Positions 47,720 through 60,000 of a DNA stretch of 64,000 nucleotides are shown here, piece after piece. Below the pieces are notes generated by a model, which worked only from the letters and a program-made list of their open reading frames with translations, was not told the origin of the DNA and searched no databases. Source of the DNA: Malacoraja senta (Eukaryota); contig JAXLNO010002732.1 in the NCBI GenBank assembly GCA_038087875.1, positions 62,001-126,000 on the forward strand, given 5' to 3'. Within the stretch, counting starts at the first letter, position 1; each line of letters starts with the position of its first letter. The position numbers and the translations under genes are program-made.

Positions 47720-48580
47720 TAGAAAATAGGTGCAGGAGTAGGCCATTCGATCCTTTGAGCCAGCACCGCCATTCAATGTGATCATGGCTGATCATCCCCA
47801 ATCAGTACCCCGTTCCTGCCTACTCCCCATATCCCCTGACTCCGCTATTTTTAAGAGCCCTATCTAGCTCTCTCTTGAAAGCATCCACTGCCCTCTGAGG
47901 CAGAGAATTCCACAGACTCACCACTCTCTGTGAGAAAAAGTGTTTCCTTGTCTCCGTTCCAAATGGCTTACTCCTTATTCTTAAACTGTGGTCCCTGGTT
48001 CTGGAAATGTGGCCCCTGGTTCTGGATTTCATTCCTTAGAGTGCAAAAAGATGGGGTGATCTGAAAGAGGTTTACTAAATTATGTGAGCAATCAATCAGG
48101 TAAATGCGCATGAGTTTGTTGCCCACAATAGGGGACTCGAGAACCAGAGGATATAGATTTACGGTGAGAGGTGGGTGAGTGTGGAGATTTAATAGGAACC
48201 TGGGGATAACATTTTTACACAAAGAGTGGTGGGTATATGGAACGAGCTGCCAGAGGAGGTTGAGACAGGTACTATCATAACAATAAATAGACAATTGGAC
48301 AGGTACATGCATAGGATAGGTTTAGAGGGTTATGAGCCAAGCGTGGGGAGTTGGGACTAATGTAGATGGGGCATGCTGTGCCGAAAAGCCCGTTTCGACG
48401 CAGTCTTACTAGGGGCAATTTACAGAGGGCAATTAACCGATAAACCTGCACGAGTTTGGAATGTGGGTGGAGACCAGCGCCCGGAGAAAACCCACGTACG
48501 ACGTTCACACAGACAGCGTCCGTAGTCGGGATCAAACCCGGGTCTCTGACGCTGCGAGGCATCCGTTCGACTGCTGCGAA
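47720..48580. mobile_element. CR1 3' fragments (about 47720-48010 minus; 48040-48370 plus) and a SINE (about 48370-48577 minus)
   Basis: KHFFSQRVVSLWNSLPQRAVDAFKRELDRAL; tttttacacaaagagtggtgggtatatggaacgagctgcc; V-core. Confidence 0.7.
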
Positions 48581-49510
48581 TTTTGTTTGTATTTTCTGAT
48601 TTAAATCAAAGATATTGGTATAGATATGAGTTCCATATTTAGGAAATGTGTGAATGTCAGCAAAGTTGTTTGCAGGTGTAGTATTAGGCAAGATGTAAAC
48701 TGCCTTGACATTCAATAACATTACCAAGCTAACTCCTCCGCCATCAATCCCTGTTCAAATAATAATTGAATCACCGTCTTTTTGACCAGACAGTAGGACT
48801 CGCGTGAACTTGGAAGCTGCAGGGAAAATGACTAATTTGGACTGGTGTTACTTTTGGCCACTGAATGGAAGATTATAATCATTTTCCTCTGGACGGTGGA
48901 ATCAACACCCTTTCGCTTTCCAAGCGGGCAATTAGTGCTGTTCTCCCTTTGAAATCTACCGTGTAAAAATAGCACCTGCAGATCAAGATCCAAATTGACC
49001 GCCATTCTGATTTGGAAATATGTCCTGATCCTCAGTATTGCAAATGCCGAATCGCCCCACGCCGACAGAATATTGTACTGGCGCCAGGAGGTCTTCAGCG
49101 GTGGAAAAAAAGATGGCTCTTCACTGTAGATGAAATGTGCATGTACCTTTAACATAGTGACCTCACCACTACTAACCACTCCCCACATCACTGGTATAAT
49201 TACAACCTTCCCACCCAGTTCTCTCTCTCTCTGGTTCCAGTGACAGACCACGGACAGCTAGGGCAGCAATAAACAGTAGTAAAGATACAGTGCATTATGA
49301 CCCATCTTTACATTCACCACATAGTCAAAGGCAAAAAGGAAATGTTAATACAACCTTGCTACCTGCTTAAAATAAACACTGGGTGTTGCAATCGCTAGAT
49401 ATAACGTGTTGGTTTATTATTGACACGGGTAACTAGATACAGTGAAAACCCCTTTGCGTGGTATTCAGCCAAATCATACTATGCATGAATACAATTAAGC
49501 CATACATAAG

Positions 49511-50066
49511 TGTGAGATGCAAAATCACAAACGCTTTTAGAGACAAAGTCGGCAAAGAAGCTTTTTATTTAAATCATATTCTGCAGAATAGGTGCCTCCT
49601 CTGATGTCCCCTAGAGGCACACCGAGGATCGGGATGTCTTCTATCTTTATACATTTCATGGGTATCATTGTCACACCCTCATCCATCCCCATTGTGCTTC
49701 TTCCAATCATAACATAAAGCCCACATTCCCACGAGAACGTCCTGGAACGTCCACCCAACGTCAAAGACACCTCCCATATCATGCATCGCATGTGCATTTA
49801 AATGAGACATCTTGTCATAGTGGGTGTGTGTACATATTCATGTAAGTTCATTAGGCATGCGCAGATATGTTTGACCTTATGTACTTTCTCCCTTTCTACT
49901 TACTTCTCAAATCTTCTGCTGAATTTGCTACTTTTTATCTAGAATTTCTCTCTGTTCTATATATCGTTATTTTCTATTTTACCAGCAGTCTGGCTTCTGC
50001 TGACACCCCAAGCCATTTTTCTATCCCTAGTCTAAATCAACTATGTCTGTTAACTCTTTCCTCACA
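49511..50066 (-). mobile_element. LTR (556 bp) sharing R/U5 with family A but with a different U3
   Basis: TGTGAG...TCTCACA termini; 49511-49853 is nearly identical to the downstream ~340 bp of the 19794 LTR; most of 49860-50030 does not align. Confidence 0.9.
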
Positions 50067-51999
50067 ATCCACCCTTTTCTTTTTTGCTACGCAACCTTTG
50101 ATTTATACTATCTTCCTTTTCTAATGCTAGCAGCAGATTCTTCGCCTCCCTATCCCCCTCTCGTTGGTTATACTGTGTTCTGAAAGCCATCATGGTGGCG
50201 GCGCTGTTCTTTGTCAGGGCTGTTTCTATCAATCGCTGAGCCAATCCCCGTACGCAGGGAATGATACAACATCCGAACAAACAGTGACCCCACCATGACT
50301 ACAACTGATGTTAGAGCTGAGGTAAAGATGTGCTTCCATTTCCCAAACCAGGATTCTAGAAACCCAGTCCAGGAGTTGTCTACTCCAGAGTTCTCAGCCA
50401 ATTCGATAGTCAGAGAGGTGAGACCTGCTAAGGCTCTTGACACTGACCCATCCGGAGCAGTGTTGTTGGGGATGAATGTGCAACATTGTTCGCCAAACAT
50501 TACACATACCCCTCCCTTCTCAGCCAGTAGCATGTCCAAGGCCATGCGATTTTGCCAGGCCATTTGGCTGGTAGCTGTCAGTTGTTCCGGTAATCCTTCA
50601 ACTGCATCTCGAGTGTAATTTATAAAGCGTTGTTGATTGTAGTATAGGTAGTTGATCCAGTCCACATTTTTATTAATTGTGGACCACCAGAAGATCATGG
50701 ACTCAAAGCCCGCAGCTATCTGGTTTCTGGCTTTGAATTCATCGGGTACCCCTCTTGTCACCCCTATCGCATCTATATATATGTGTGTGTCGAATGATCC
50801 TTTCACCCCTCTCTTTTGTCGTTGGCTTCCTTCATTGAGTTCTACAGCATGTTCTACTGCTATGGTGAAGGGCATCATCAGTTGTGTGAGGGTACAGGTT
50901 CCCGTCCAGGTAACCGGGGCCACAGGGTATTCTCCCCGCACCACCACCAGACATCGGCTCTACTGACTATCTGCTTTTTTAGCCAGGAGCTATTGAACAG
51001 TGGTCCCTGTTCCTCAGCCGTTATGTTATACGTCTGATTGCAGTTGAGCACCTTCCCCATATCCTGTCCCTCTGGGTTATTTCTTGTATAGCACTCAAAC
51101 CCCTCCTCCCCAAGAGGACTGGTAAATGGAGGAGGTCGAGGATCTTCCCTTCGGCCCTTCGTATTGTTGTTGCTGGTCGGAAATAGGTAATGATAATTCT
51201 GGCATATCACATTCTTTGGTAAGAGGGGATTCGTGAATAGCTGTAGTATACATGACATAGCCCTAGGTGTTCTATTCCAATTCAGGGGAAATGGTACTGG
51301 GACCAGCTGAGGCCTAGCTCCGGCGCAGGTGTAACAATTGGTTCATTGCATACTTCTGGCTGTGTACATCATCCAGGCAAGCCAGGTGTTGGCTCCTTTT
51401 TCCCCTGTTGGTATTCCCTTCTCATATAACTGCATTAATCCTGTTTCTCCTTCTACTATCATTATATTCAGATCCTTAGACTCATTCTCCCTGGTGACTT
51501 TGCTGACTACTGGTGGTGCTGGTGTTGCCCCGGGATCCCTATTCTGACTGTCATCTATCTTCAACACCTTTCCCCTATTCTCTTATCTTACCATCTCCCC
51601 ATCCCGCTTCACTTCTATCTCAAACTTCAGACATGCGTCCTTCCCTGTTTTATCTGCACATATCCAATACCTACCACTTTCCTGCATTTGAACACTCTGT
51701 ATGCTCACATATATACGTCCTGGCAATTTCTCGTTCGGGTTTTGATATATTTTCCACCTATCAGTTTGATAGGTGGGCTGATGCCACCCATCTCTTGATG
51801 AAGTGAACACCGCGTGCCAATTTCTACAGGGATGGGTGCATACATACATTCTATAGCCACACCACCATTTTCCTTTACATACATTAAATGGGATGGTGGT
51901 GGACCTTCTATTCTGTGGTATTGTGATTTTTATGCATGTTATATTACTCACGAGTTGGGTAACCACCCAACACACGACCCACCAACACGAAATCTTCAT
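50062..51999 (-). pseudogene. env: Full-length but disrupted env (gamma-type)
   Basis: Signal MKISCWWVVCWVVTQLVS; furin site RQKR; ISD WQNRMALDMLLAEKGG; CX6CC (CVMFGEQCC); TM anchor. Split over ORFs 51583-52062, 51343-51567, 50878-51258, 50168-50947 and 50062-50280. Confidence 0.9.
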
Positions 52000-53055
52000 T
52001 TTTCCCGCGGGTTCTTGGTAAATATTAAAGTCAATGGTTCCTCTCCTTTGCGCACAGTCCACGGGCTGATATTGTCTGGTGGGGCCTCCACAGGACCCTT
52101 AACTCGACTTGCGTGTGTCCACCCTTTCTCTTTTGTTCGTACTGCCGTCTCGGTGATTAGTAACACCAGGTAGGGTCCAGTCCACTTAGGTTGCAGCTTT
52201 TCTTCTTTCCACGTTTTTATTAATACCCAGTCTCCAGCCTTGACTGAGTGTATCGGGAAGTCCAGTGGTGGGCTCTGGGCCAGCAATCCTTTAATTTTTA
52301 GTTCTATATCATGCATCGCATGTGCATTTAAATTAGGCATCTTGTCATAGTGGGTGTGTGTACATATTCATGTAAGTTCATTAGGCATGCGCAGATATGT
52401 TTGACCTTATGTACTTTCTCCCTTTCTACTTACTTCTCAAATCTTCTGCTGAATTTGCTACTTTTTATCTAGAATTTCTCTCTGTTCTATATATCGTTAT
52501 TTTCTATTTTACCAGCAGTCTGGCTTCTGCTGACACCCCAAGCCATTTTTCTATCCCTAGTCTAAATCAACTATGTCTGTTAACTCTTTCCTCACAATCC
52601 ACCCTTTTCTTTTTTGCTACGCAACCTTTGATTTATACTATATCCTCCTTTCTAATGCTAGCAGCAGATTCTTTGCCTCCCTATCCCCCTCTCGTTGGTT
52701 ATACTGTGTTCTGAAAGCCATCATGGTGGCGGCGCTGTTCTTTGTCAGGGCTGTTTCTATCAATCGCTGAGCCAATCCCCGTACGCAGGGAATGATACAA
52801 CATCCGAACAAACACAGTAACCCCACCATGACTACAACTGATGTTAGAGCTGAGGTAAAGATGTGCTTCCATTTCCCAAACCAGGATTCTAGAAACCCAG
52901 TCCAGGAGTTGTCTACTCCAGAGTTCTCAGCCAATTCGATAGTCAGAGAGGTGAGACCTGCTCGGGCTCTTGACACTGACCCATCCGGACCAGTGTTGTT
53001 GGGGATGAATCGCCCGTTCACACACGTGCGCGTGGAGGGCGTGCATGTGTGCGGG

Positions 53056-53360
53056 CACACAATACTTCAGGTGTGGTCTCACCAGGGCTCTGTACAACTG
53101 CAGAAGGACCTCTTTGCTCCTATACTCAACTCCTCTTGTTATAAAGGCCAACAGGCCAAAACTGCACACAATACTCCAGGTGTGGTCTCACCAGGGCCCT
53201 GTACAACTGCAGAAGGACATGTTTCCTCCTATACTCAACTCCTCTTGTTATAAAGGCCAACAGGCCAAAACTGCACACAATACTCCAGGTGTGTTCTCAC
53301 CAGGGCCCTGTACAACTGGAGAAGGACCTCTTTGCTCCTATACTCAACTCTTCTTGTTAT
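53056..53360. repeat. 109-bp tandem triplication of a CR1 fragment
   Basis: cacaatactccaggtgtggtctcaccagggccctgtacaactgcagaagg... starts at 53058, 53167 and 53276. Confidence 0.9.
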
Positions 53361-53414
53361 TCAGATTCAGATTCAGATTATTTAATGACCACACAGTCAA
53401 GCTGGTGGAATTCT

Positions 53415-53725
53415 AGTTTAGTTTAGAGATACAGCACGGAAACAGGCCCTTCGGCCCCACCGAGTCCGTGCCGACCAGCGATCCCCGCACACTAACACTA
53501 TCCTACACACACACTAGGGGACAATTTACAATCTTTACCAGAAACTAATTAACCTACAAACCTGCACATCTTTGGAGTGTGATAGGAAACCAGAGCGCCC
53601 GGAGAAAACCCACGCAGGTCACGGGGAGAGAACGTGCAAACACCGCACAGACAGCACCCGTGGTCGGGATGGAACTGGGGTCTCTGGCGCTGTGAGGTGG
53701 CAACTCTACCGCTGGGTCACCGTGA
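53415..53725 (-). mobile_element. HE1/V-SINE-type SINE
   Basis: Tail tttagtttagagatacagcacgg, V-core and head on the minus strand. Confidence 0.85.
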
Positions 53726-53784
53726 CGACCAGAGAGGGAGGGAGAGGTGGATACTTCTCTCTCCCTCTCTCTCTCTCCCTGCTT

Positions 53785-54002
53785 NNNNNNNNNNNNNNNN
53801 NNNNNNNNNNNNNNNNNNNNNNNNNNNNNNNNNNNNNNNNNNNNNNNNNNNNNNNNNNNNNNNNNNNNNNNNNNNNNNNNNNNNNNNNNNNNNNNNNNNN
53901 NNNNNNNNNNNNNNNNNNNNNNNNNNNNNNNNNNNNNNNNNNNNNNNNNNNNNNNNNNNNNNNNNNNNNNNNNNNNNNNNNNNNNNNNNNNNNNNNNNNN
54001 NN
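53785..54002. other. Assembly gap (218 N)
   Basis: Run of n characters. Confidence 1.
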
Positions 54003-57000
54003 GTTTGCTTTAAAAATGCTAAAGGGGGTTTGCTTTGAAAATGCAAAATGTTGTTTGGTTTGAAAATGGAAATGGTGGTTTGGTTTGAAAATGCAAATGG
54101 TGGATTGGTTCGAAAATGCTAAAGGTTTGGTTTGAAAATGCAAAAGGATTGGGTTGAAAATGCAAAAGTTGGTTTGCTTTGAAAATGCGAAAGATGTTTT
54201 GCTTTGAAAATGCAAAAGGTGGTTTGCTTTGAAAATGCAAAAGGTGGTTTGCTTCGCAAATGCAAAAGATGGTTTGCTTCGAAAATGCAAATGGCGGTTT
54301 GCTTCGAAAAGGCAAATGGCGGTTTGCTTCGACAATGGAAAACATTTTTGCTTTGAAAATGCAAACGGTGCTTTGCTTTTAAAATGCTAACGGTAGTTTG
54401 CTTTGAAAATGCAAATGGTGTTTTGCTTTGATAATGCAAAAGGTTTGCTTTGAAAATGCAAATAGTGGTTTGCTTTGAAAATGCCAGAGGTGCTTTGCTT
54501 TGAAAATGCAAAAGTTGTTTGCTGTGAAAATGCTAAAGGTGGTTTGCTTCATACAAAAGGTGGTTTGCTTTGCAAAATGCAAAAGGTGGTTTGCTTTGAA
54601 AATGCAAAACGTTGTTTGCTTTGAAAATGCGAAAGGCGGTTTGCTTTGAAAGTGCAACAGGTGGTTTGGTTTGATTGAAAATGCAAAAGGTGCTTTGCTT
54701 TGAAAATTCAAAAGGTGCTTTGAAAATGCAAAATGTTTGCTTTGAAAATGCAAATGGTTTGTTTTCAAAATGCAAATGTTTGCTTTAAAAATGCAAAAGG
54801 TTTACTTTGAAAATGCAAAATGTTTGCTTTGAAAATGTAAAAGGAGGTTCGGTTTGAAAATGCAAATAGTGCTTTGGTTTGAAAATGGAAATGATGGTTT
54901 GGTTTGAAAATGCAAATGGTGGATTGGTTTGAAAATGTAAATGGTGGTTTGGTTTGAAAATGCAAATGGTAGTTTTGTTTGAAAATGCAAATGGTGGTTT
55001 GCTTTGAAAATGCAAAAGGTGGTTTGCTTTAAAAATGCTAACGGTAGTTTGCTTTGAAAATGCAAATGGTGTTTTGCTTTGATAATGCAACAGGTTTGCT
55101 TTGAAAATACAAAAGGTTTGCTTTGAAAATGCCAAAGGTGCTTTGCTTTGAAAATGCAAAAGTTGTTTGCTGTGAAAATGCAAAAGGTGGTTTGCTTCAT
55201 ACAAAAGGTGGTTTGCTTTGCAAAATGCAAAAGGTGGTTTGCTTTGAAAATGCAAAATGTTGTTTGCTTTGAAAATGCAACATGTGGTTTGCTTTGAAAA
55301 TACAAAAGGTGGTTTGCTTTGAAAATGCAAAAGGCGGTTTGCTTTGAAAATACAAAAGGCTGTTTGCTTTGAAAATGCAAAAGGCAGTTTGCTTTGAAAA
55401 TGCGAAAGGCGGTTTGCTTTGAAAATTCAAAAGGTGCTTTGAAAATGCAAAATGTGTGCTTTGAAAATGCAAATGGTTTGTTTTCAAAATGCAAATGTTT
55501 GCTTTAAAAATGCAAAAGGTTTACTTTGAAAATGCAAAATGTTTGCTTTGAAAATGTAAAAGGAGGTTTGGTTTGAAAATGCAAATAGTGCTTTGGTTTG
55601 AAAATGGAAATGATGGTTTGGTTTGAAAATGCAAATGGTGGATTGGTTTGAAAATGTAAATGGTGGTTTGGTTTGAAAATGCAAATGGTAGTTTTGTTTG
55701 AAAATGCAAATGGTGGTTTGCTTTGAAAATGCAAAAGGTGGTTTGCTTTAAAAATGCTAAAGGTGGTTTGCTTTGAAAATGCAAATGGTATTTTGCTTTG
55801 AAAATGCAAAAGGTTTGCTTTGAAAATGCAAAGATTTGCTTTGAAAATGCAAAACGTTTGCTTCGAAAATGCAAAAAGTATCCTGAAAATGCAAAAGGTG
55901 GTTCCATTTGAAAATGAAAAAGGGGGTTCGGTGGTTTGGTTTGAAAATGCAAATGGTGGTTTGGTTTGAAAATGCAAATGATGGTTTGCTTTGAAAATGC
56001 AAAAGGTGGTTTGGTCTGAAAATGCAAATGGTGGTTTGGTTTGAAAATGCAAATGGTGGTTTGGTTTGAAAATGGAAATGATGGTTGGGTTTGAAAATGC
56101 AAATGGTGGTTTGGTTTGAAAATGGAAATGGTGGTTTGGTTTGAAAATGCAAATGATGGTTTGGTTTGAAAATGCAAATGCTGGTTTGGTTTGAAAATGC
56201 AAATGGTGGATTGGTTCGAAAATGCTAAAGGTTTGGTTTGAAAATGCAAAAGGATTGGGTTGAAAATGCAAAAGGTGGTTTGCTTTAAAAATGCTAATGG
56301 TAGTTTGCTTTGAAAATGCAAATGGTGTTTTGCTTTGATAATGCAACAGGTTTGCTTTGAAAATACAAAAGGTTTGCTTTGAAAATGCCAAAGGTGCTTT
56401 GCTTTGAAAATGCAAAAGTTGTTTGCTGTGAAAATGCAAAAGGTGGTTTGCTTCATACAAAAGGTGGTTTGCTTTGCAAAATGCAAAAGGTGGTTTGCTT
56501 TGAAAATGCAAAATGTTGTTTGCTTTGAAAATGCAACATGTGGTTTGCTTTGAAAATACAAAAGGTGGTTTGCTTTGAAAATGCAAAAGGCGGTTTGCTT
56601 TGAAAATACAAAAGGCTGTTTGCTTTGAAAATGCAAAAGGCAGTTTGCTTTGAAAATGCGAAAGGCGGTTTGCTTTGAAAATTCAAAAGGTGCTTTGAAA
56701 ATGCAAAATGTGTGCTTTGAAAATGCAAATGGTTTGTTTTCAAAATGCAAATGTTTGCTTTAAAAATGCAAAAGGTTTACTTTGAAAATGCAAAATGTTT
56801 GCTTTGAAAATGTAAAAGGAGGTTCGGTTTGAAAATGCAGAAGGGGGTTCGGTTTGAAAATGTAAAAGGAGGTTTGGTTTGAAAATGCAAATGGTGCTTT
56901 GGTTTGAAAATGCAAATGATGGTTTGGTTTGAAAATGCAAATGGTGGATTGGTTTGAAAATGTAAATGGTGGTTTGGTTTGAAAATGCAAATGGTGGTTT

Positions 57001-60000
57001 TGTTGCAAAATGCAAATGGTGGTTTGCTTTAAAAATGCAAAAGGTGGTTTGCTTTAAAAATGCTAAAGGTGGTTTGCTTTGAAAATGCAAATGGTGTTTT
57101 GCTTTGAAAATACAAAAGGTTTGCTTTGAAAATGCAAATGGTGGTTTGCTTTGAAAATACAAAAGGTAGTATGCTTTGAAAATACAAAATGCAGTTTGCT
57201 TTGAAAATACAAAGGGTGGTTTGCTTTAAAAATGCAAAAGGTGGTTTGGTCTGAAAATGCAAAAGGTGTTTGCTTTGAAAATGCAAAATGTTTGCTTTGA
57301 AAATGCAAATGGTTTGCTTTGAAAATGCAAAGATTTGCTTTGAAAATGCAAAAGGTTTGCTTCGAAAATGCAAAAAGTATCCTGAAAATGCAAAAGGTGG
57401 TTCGGATTGAAAATGAAAAAGGGGGTTCGGTGGTTTGGTTTGAAAATGCAAATGGTGGTTTGGTTTGAAAAAGCAAATGGTGGTTTGGTTTGAAAATGGA
57501 AATGATGGTTTGGTTTGAAAATGCAAATGATGGTTTGGTTTGAAAATGCAAATGCTGGTTTGGTTTGAAAATGCAAATGGTGGATTCGTTCGAAAATGCT
57601 AAAGGTATGGTTTGAAAATGCAAATGGTGGATTGGTTTGAATATGTAAATGGTGGTTTGGTTTGAAAATGCAAATGGTGGTTTTGTTGCAAAATGCAAAT
57701 GGTGGTTTGCTTTAAAAATGCAAAAGGTGGTTTGCTTTAAAAATGCTAAAGTTGGTTTGCTTTGAAAATGCAAATGGTGTTTTGCTTTGAAAATGCAAAA
57801 GGTTTGCTTTGAAAATACAAAAGGTTTGCTTTGAAAATGCAAATGGTGGTTTGCTTTGAAAATACAAAAGGTAGTATGCTTTGAAAATACAAAATGCAGT
57901 TTGCTTTGAAAATACAAAGGGTGGTTTGCTTTAAAAATGCAAAAGGTGGTTTGGTCTGAAAATGCAAAAGGTGTTTGCTTTGAAAATGCAAAATGTTTGC
58001 TTTGAAAATGCAAATGGTTTGCTTTGAAAATGCAAAGATTTGCTTTGAAAATGCAAAAGGTTTGCTTCGAAAATGCAAAAAGTATCCTGAAAATGCAAAA
58101 GGTGGTTCCGATTGAAAATGAAAAAGGGGGTTCGGTGGTTTGGTTTGAAAATGCAAATGGTGGTTTGGTTTGAAAAAGCAAATGGTGGTTTGGTTTGAAA
58201 ATGGAAATTATGGTTTGGTTTGAAAATGCAAATGATGGTTTGGTTTGAAAATGCAAATGCTGGTTTGGTTTGAAAATGCAAATGGTGGATTCGTTCGAAA
58301 ATGCTAAAGGTATGGTTTGAAAATGGAAATGGTGGATTAGTTTGAATATGTAAATGGTGGTTTGGTTTGAAAATGCAAATGGTGGTTTTGTTTGAAAATG
58401 CAAATGGTGGGGTGCTTTGAAAATGCAAAAGGTGGTTTGCTTTAAAAATGCTAAAGGTGGGTTGCTTTGAAAATGCAAATGGTGTTTTGCTTTGAAAATG
58501 CAAAAGGTTTGCTTTGAAAATACAAAAGGTTTGCTTTGAAAATGCAAATGGTGGTTTGCTTTGAAAATACAAAAGGTAGTATGCTTTGAAAATGCAAAAT
58601 GCGGTTTGCTTTGAAAATACAAAGGGTGGTTTGCTTTAAAAATGCAAAAGGTGGTTTCGTCTGAAAATGCAAAAGGTGGTTTGCTTTGAAAATGCAAAAT
58701 GTTTGCTTTGAAAATGCAAATGGTTTGCTTTGAAAATGCAAAGATTTGCTTTCAAAATGCAAAAGGTTTGCTTCGAAAATGCAAAAAGTATCCTGAAAAT
58801 GCAAAAGGTGGTTCCATTTGAAAATGAAAAAGGGGGTTCGGTGGTTTGGTTTGAAAATGCAAATGGTGGTTTGGTTTGAAAATGCAAATGATGGTTTGCT
58901 TTGAAAATGCAAAAGGTAGTTTGGTCTGAAAATGCAAATGGTGGTTTGGTTTGAAAATGCAAATGGTGGTTTGGTTTGAAAATGGAAATGATGGTTTGGT
59001 TTGAAAATGCAAATGGTGGTTTGGTTTGAAAATGGAAATGGTGGTTTGGTTTGAAAATGCAAATGATGGTTTGGTTTGAAAATGCAAATGCTGGTTTGGT
59101 TTGAAAATGCAAATGGTGGATTGGTTCGAAAATGCTAAAGGTTTGGTTTGAAAATGCAAAAGGATTGGGTTGAAAATGCAAAAGGTGGTTTGCTTTAAAA
59201 ATGCTAACGGTAGTTTGCTTTGAAAATGCAAATGGTGTTTTGCTTTGATAATGCAACAGGTTTGCTTTGAAAATACAAAAGGTTTGCTTTGAAAATGCCA
59301 AAGGTGCTTTGCTTTGAAAATGCAAAAGTTGTTTGCTGTGAAAATGCAAAAGGTGGTTTGCTTCATACAAAAGGTGGTTTGCTTTGCAAAATGCAAAAGG
59401 TGGTTTGCTTTGAAAATGCAAAATGTTGTTTGCTTTGAAAATGCAACATGTGGTTTGCTTTGAAAATACAAAAGGTGGTTTGCTTTGAAAATGCAAAAGG
59501 CGGTTTGCTTTGAAAATACAAAAGGCTGTTTGCTTTGAAAATGCAAAAGGCAGTTTGCTTTGAAAATGCGAAAGGCGGTTTGCTTTGAAAATTCAAAAGG
59601 TGCTTTGAAAATGCAAAATGTGTGCTTTGAAAATGCAAATGGTTTGTTTTCAAAGTGCAAATGTTTGCTTTAAAAATGCAAAAGGTTTACTTTGAAAATG
59701 CAAAATGTTTGCTTTGAAAATGTAAAAGGAGGTTCGGTTTGAAAATGCAGAAGGGGGTTCGGTTTGAAAATGTAAAAGGAGGTTTGGTTTGAAAATGCAA
59801 ATGGTGCTTTGGTTTGAAAATGCAAATGATGGTTTGGTTTGAAAATGCAAATGGTGGATTGGTTTGAAAATGTAAATGGTGGTTTGGTTTGAAAATGCAA
59901 ATGGTGGTTTTGTTGCAAAATGCAAATGGTGGTTTGCTTTAAAAATGCAAAAGGTGGTTTGCTTTAAAAATGCTAAAGGTGGTTTGCTTTGAAAATGCAA

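Larger units (their letters stand above)
49511..53010 (-). mobile_element. ERV family A-related 3' remnant: env 3' duplicate, partial LTR, pol end, env, PPT, LTR
   Basis: Integrase end and env are closely similar to 24125-25330; PPT gtagcaaaaaagaaaagggtggat at 50090-50067 and again at about 52620-52597; full LTR 49511-50066; partial LTR 52307-52596. Confidence 0.92.

Noticed and set aside
48832-49251. 139-aa minus-strand ORF with a possible acceptor and donor, and a plus-strand signal-peptide-like stretch (ILIWKYVLILSIANA)
   Set aside because: No ATG or donor fits the signal-like stretch and I recognise no homology. Left uncalled, though a BLAST would be cheap.
52300-52315. LTR-pol junction as a reverse-transcribed spliced env mRNA
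   Set aside because: The AG of the putative acceptor is retained, no GT donor exists on the LTR side, and U3 is not at the 5' end of env mRNA.
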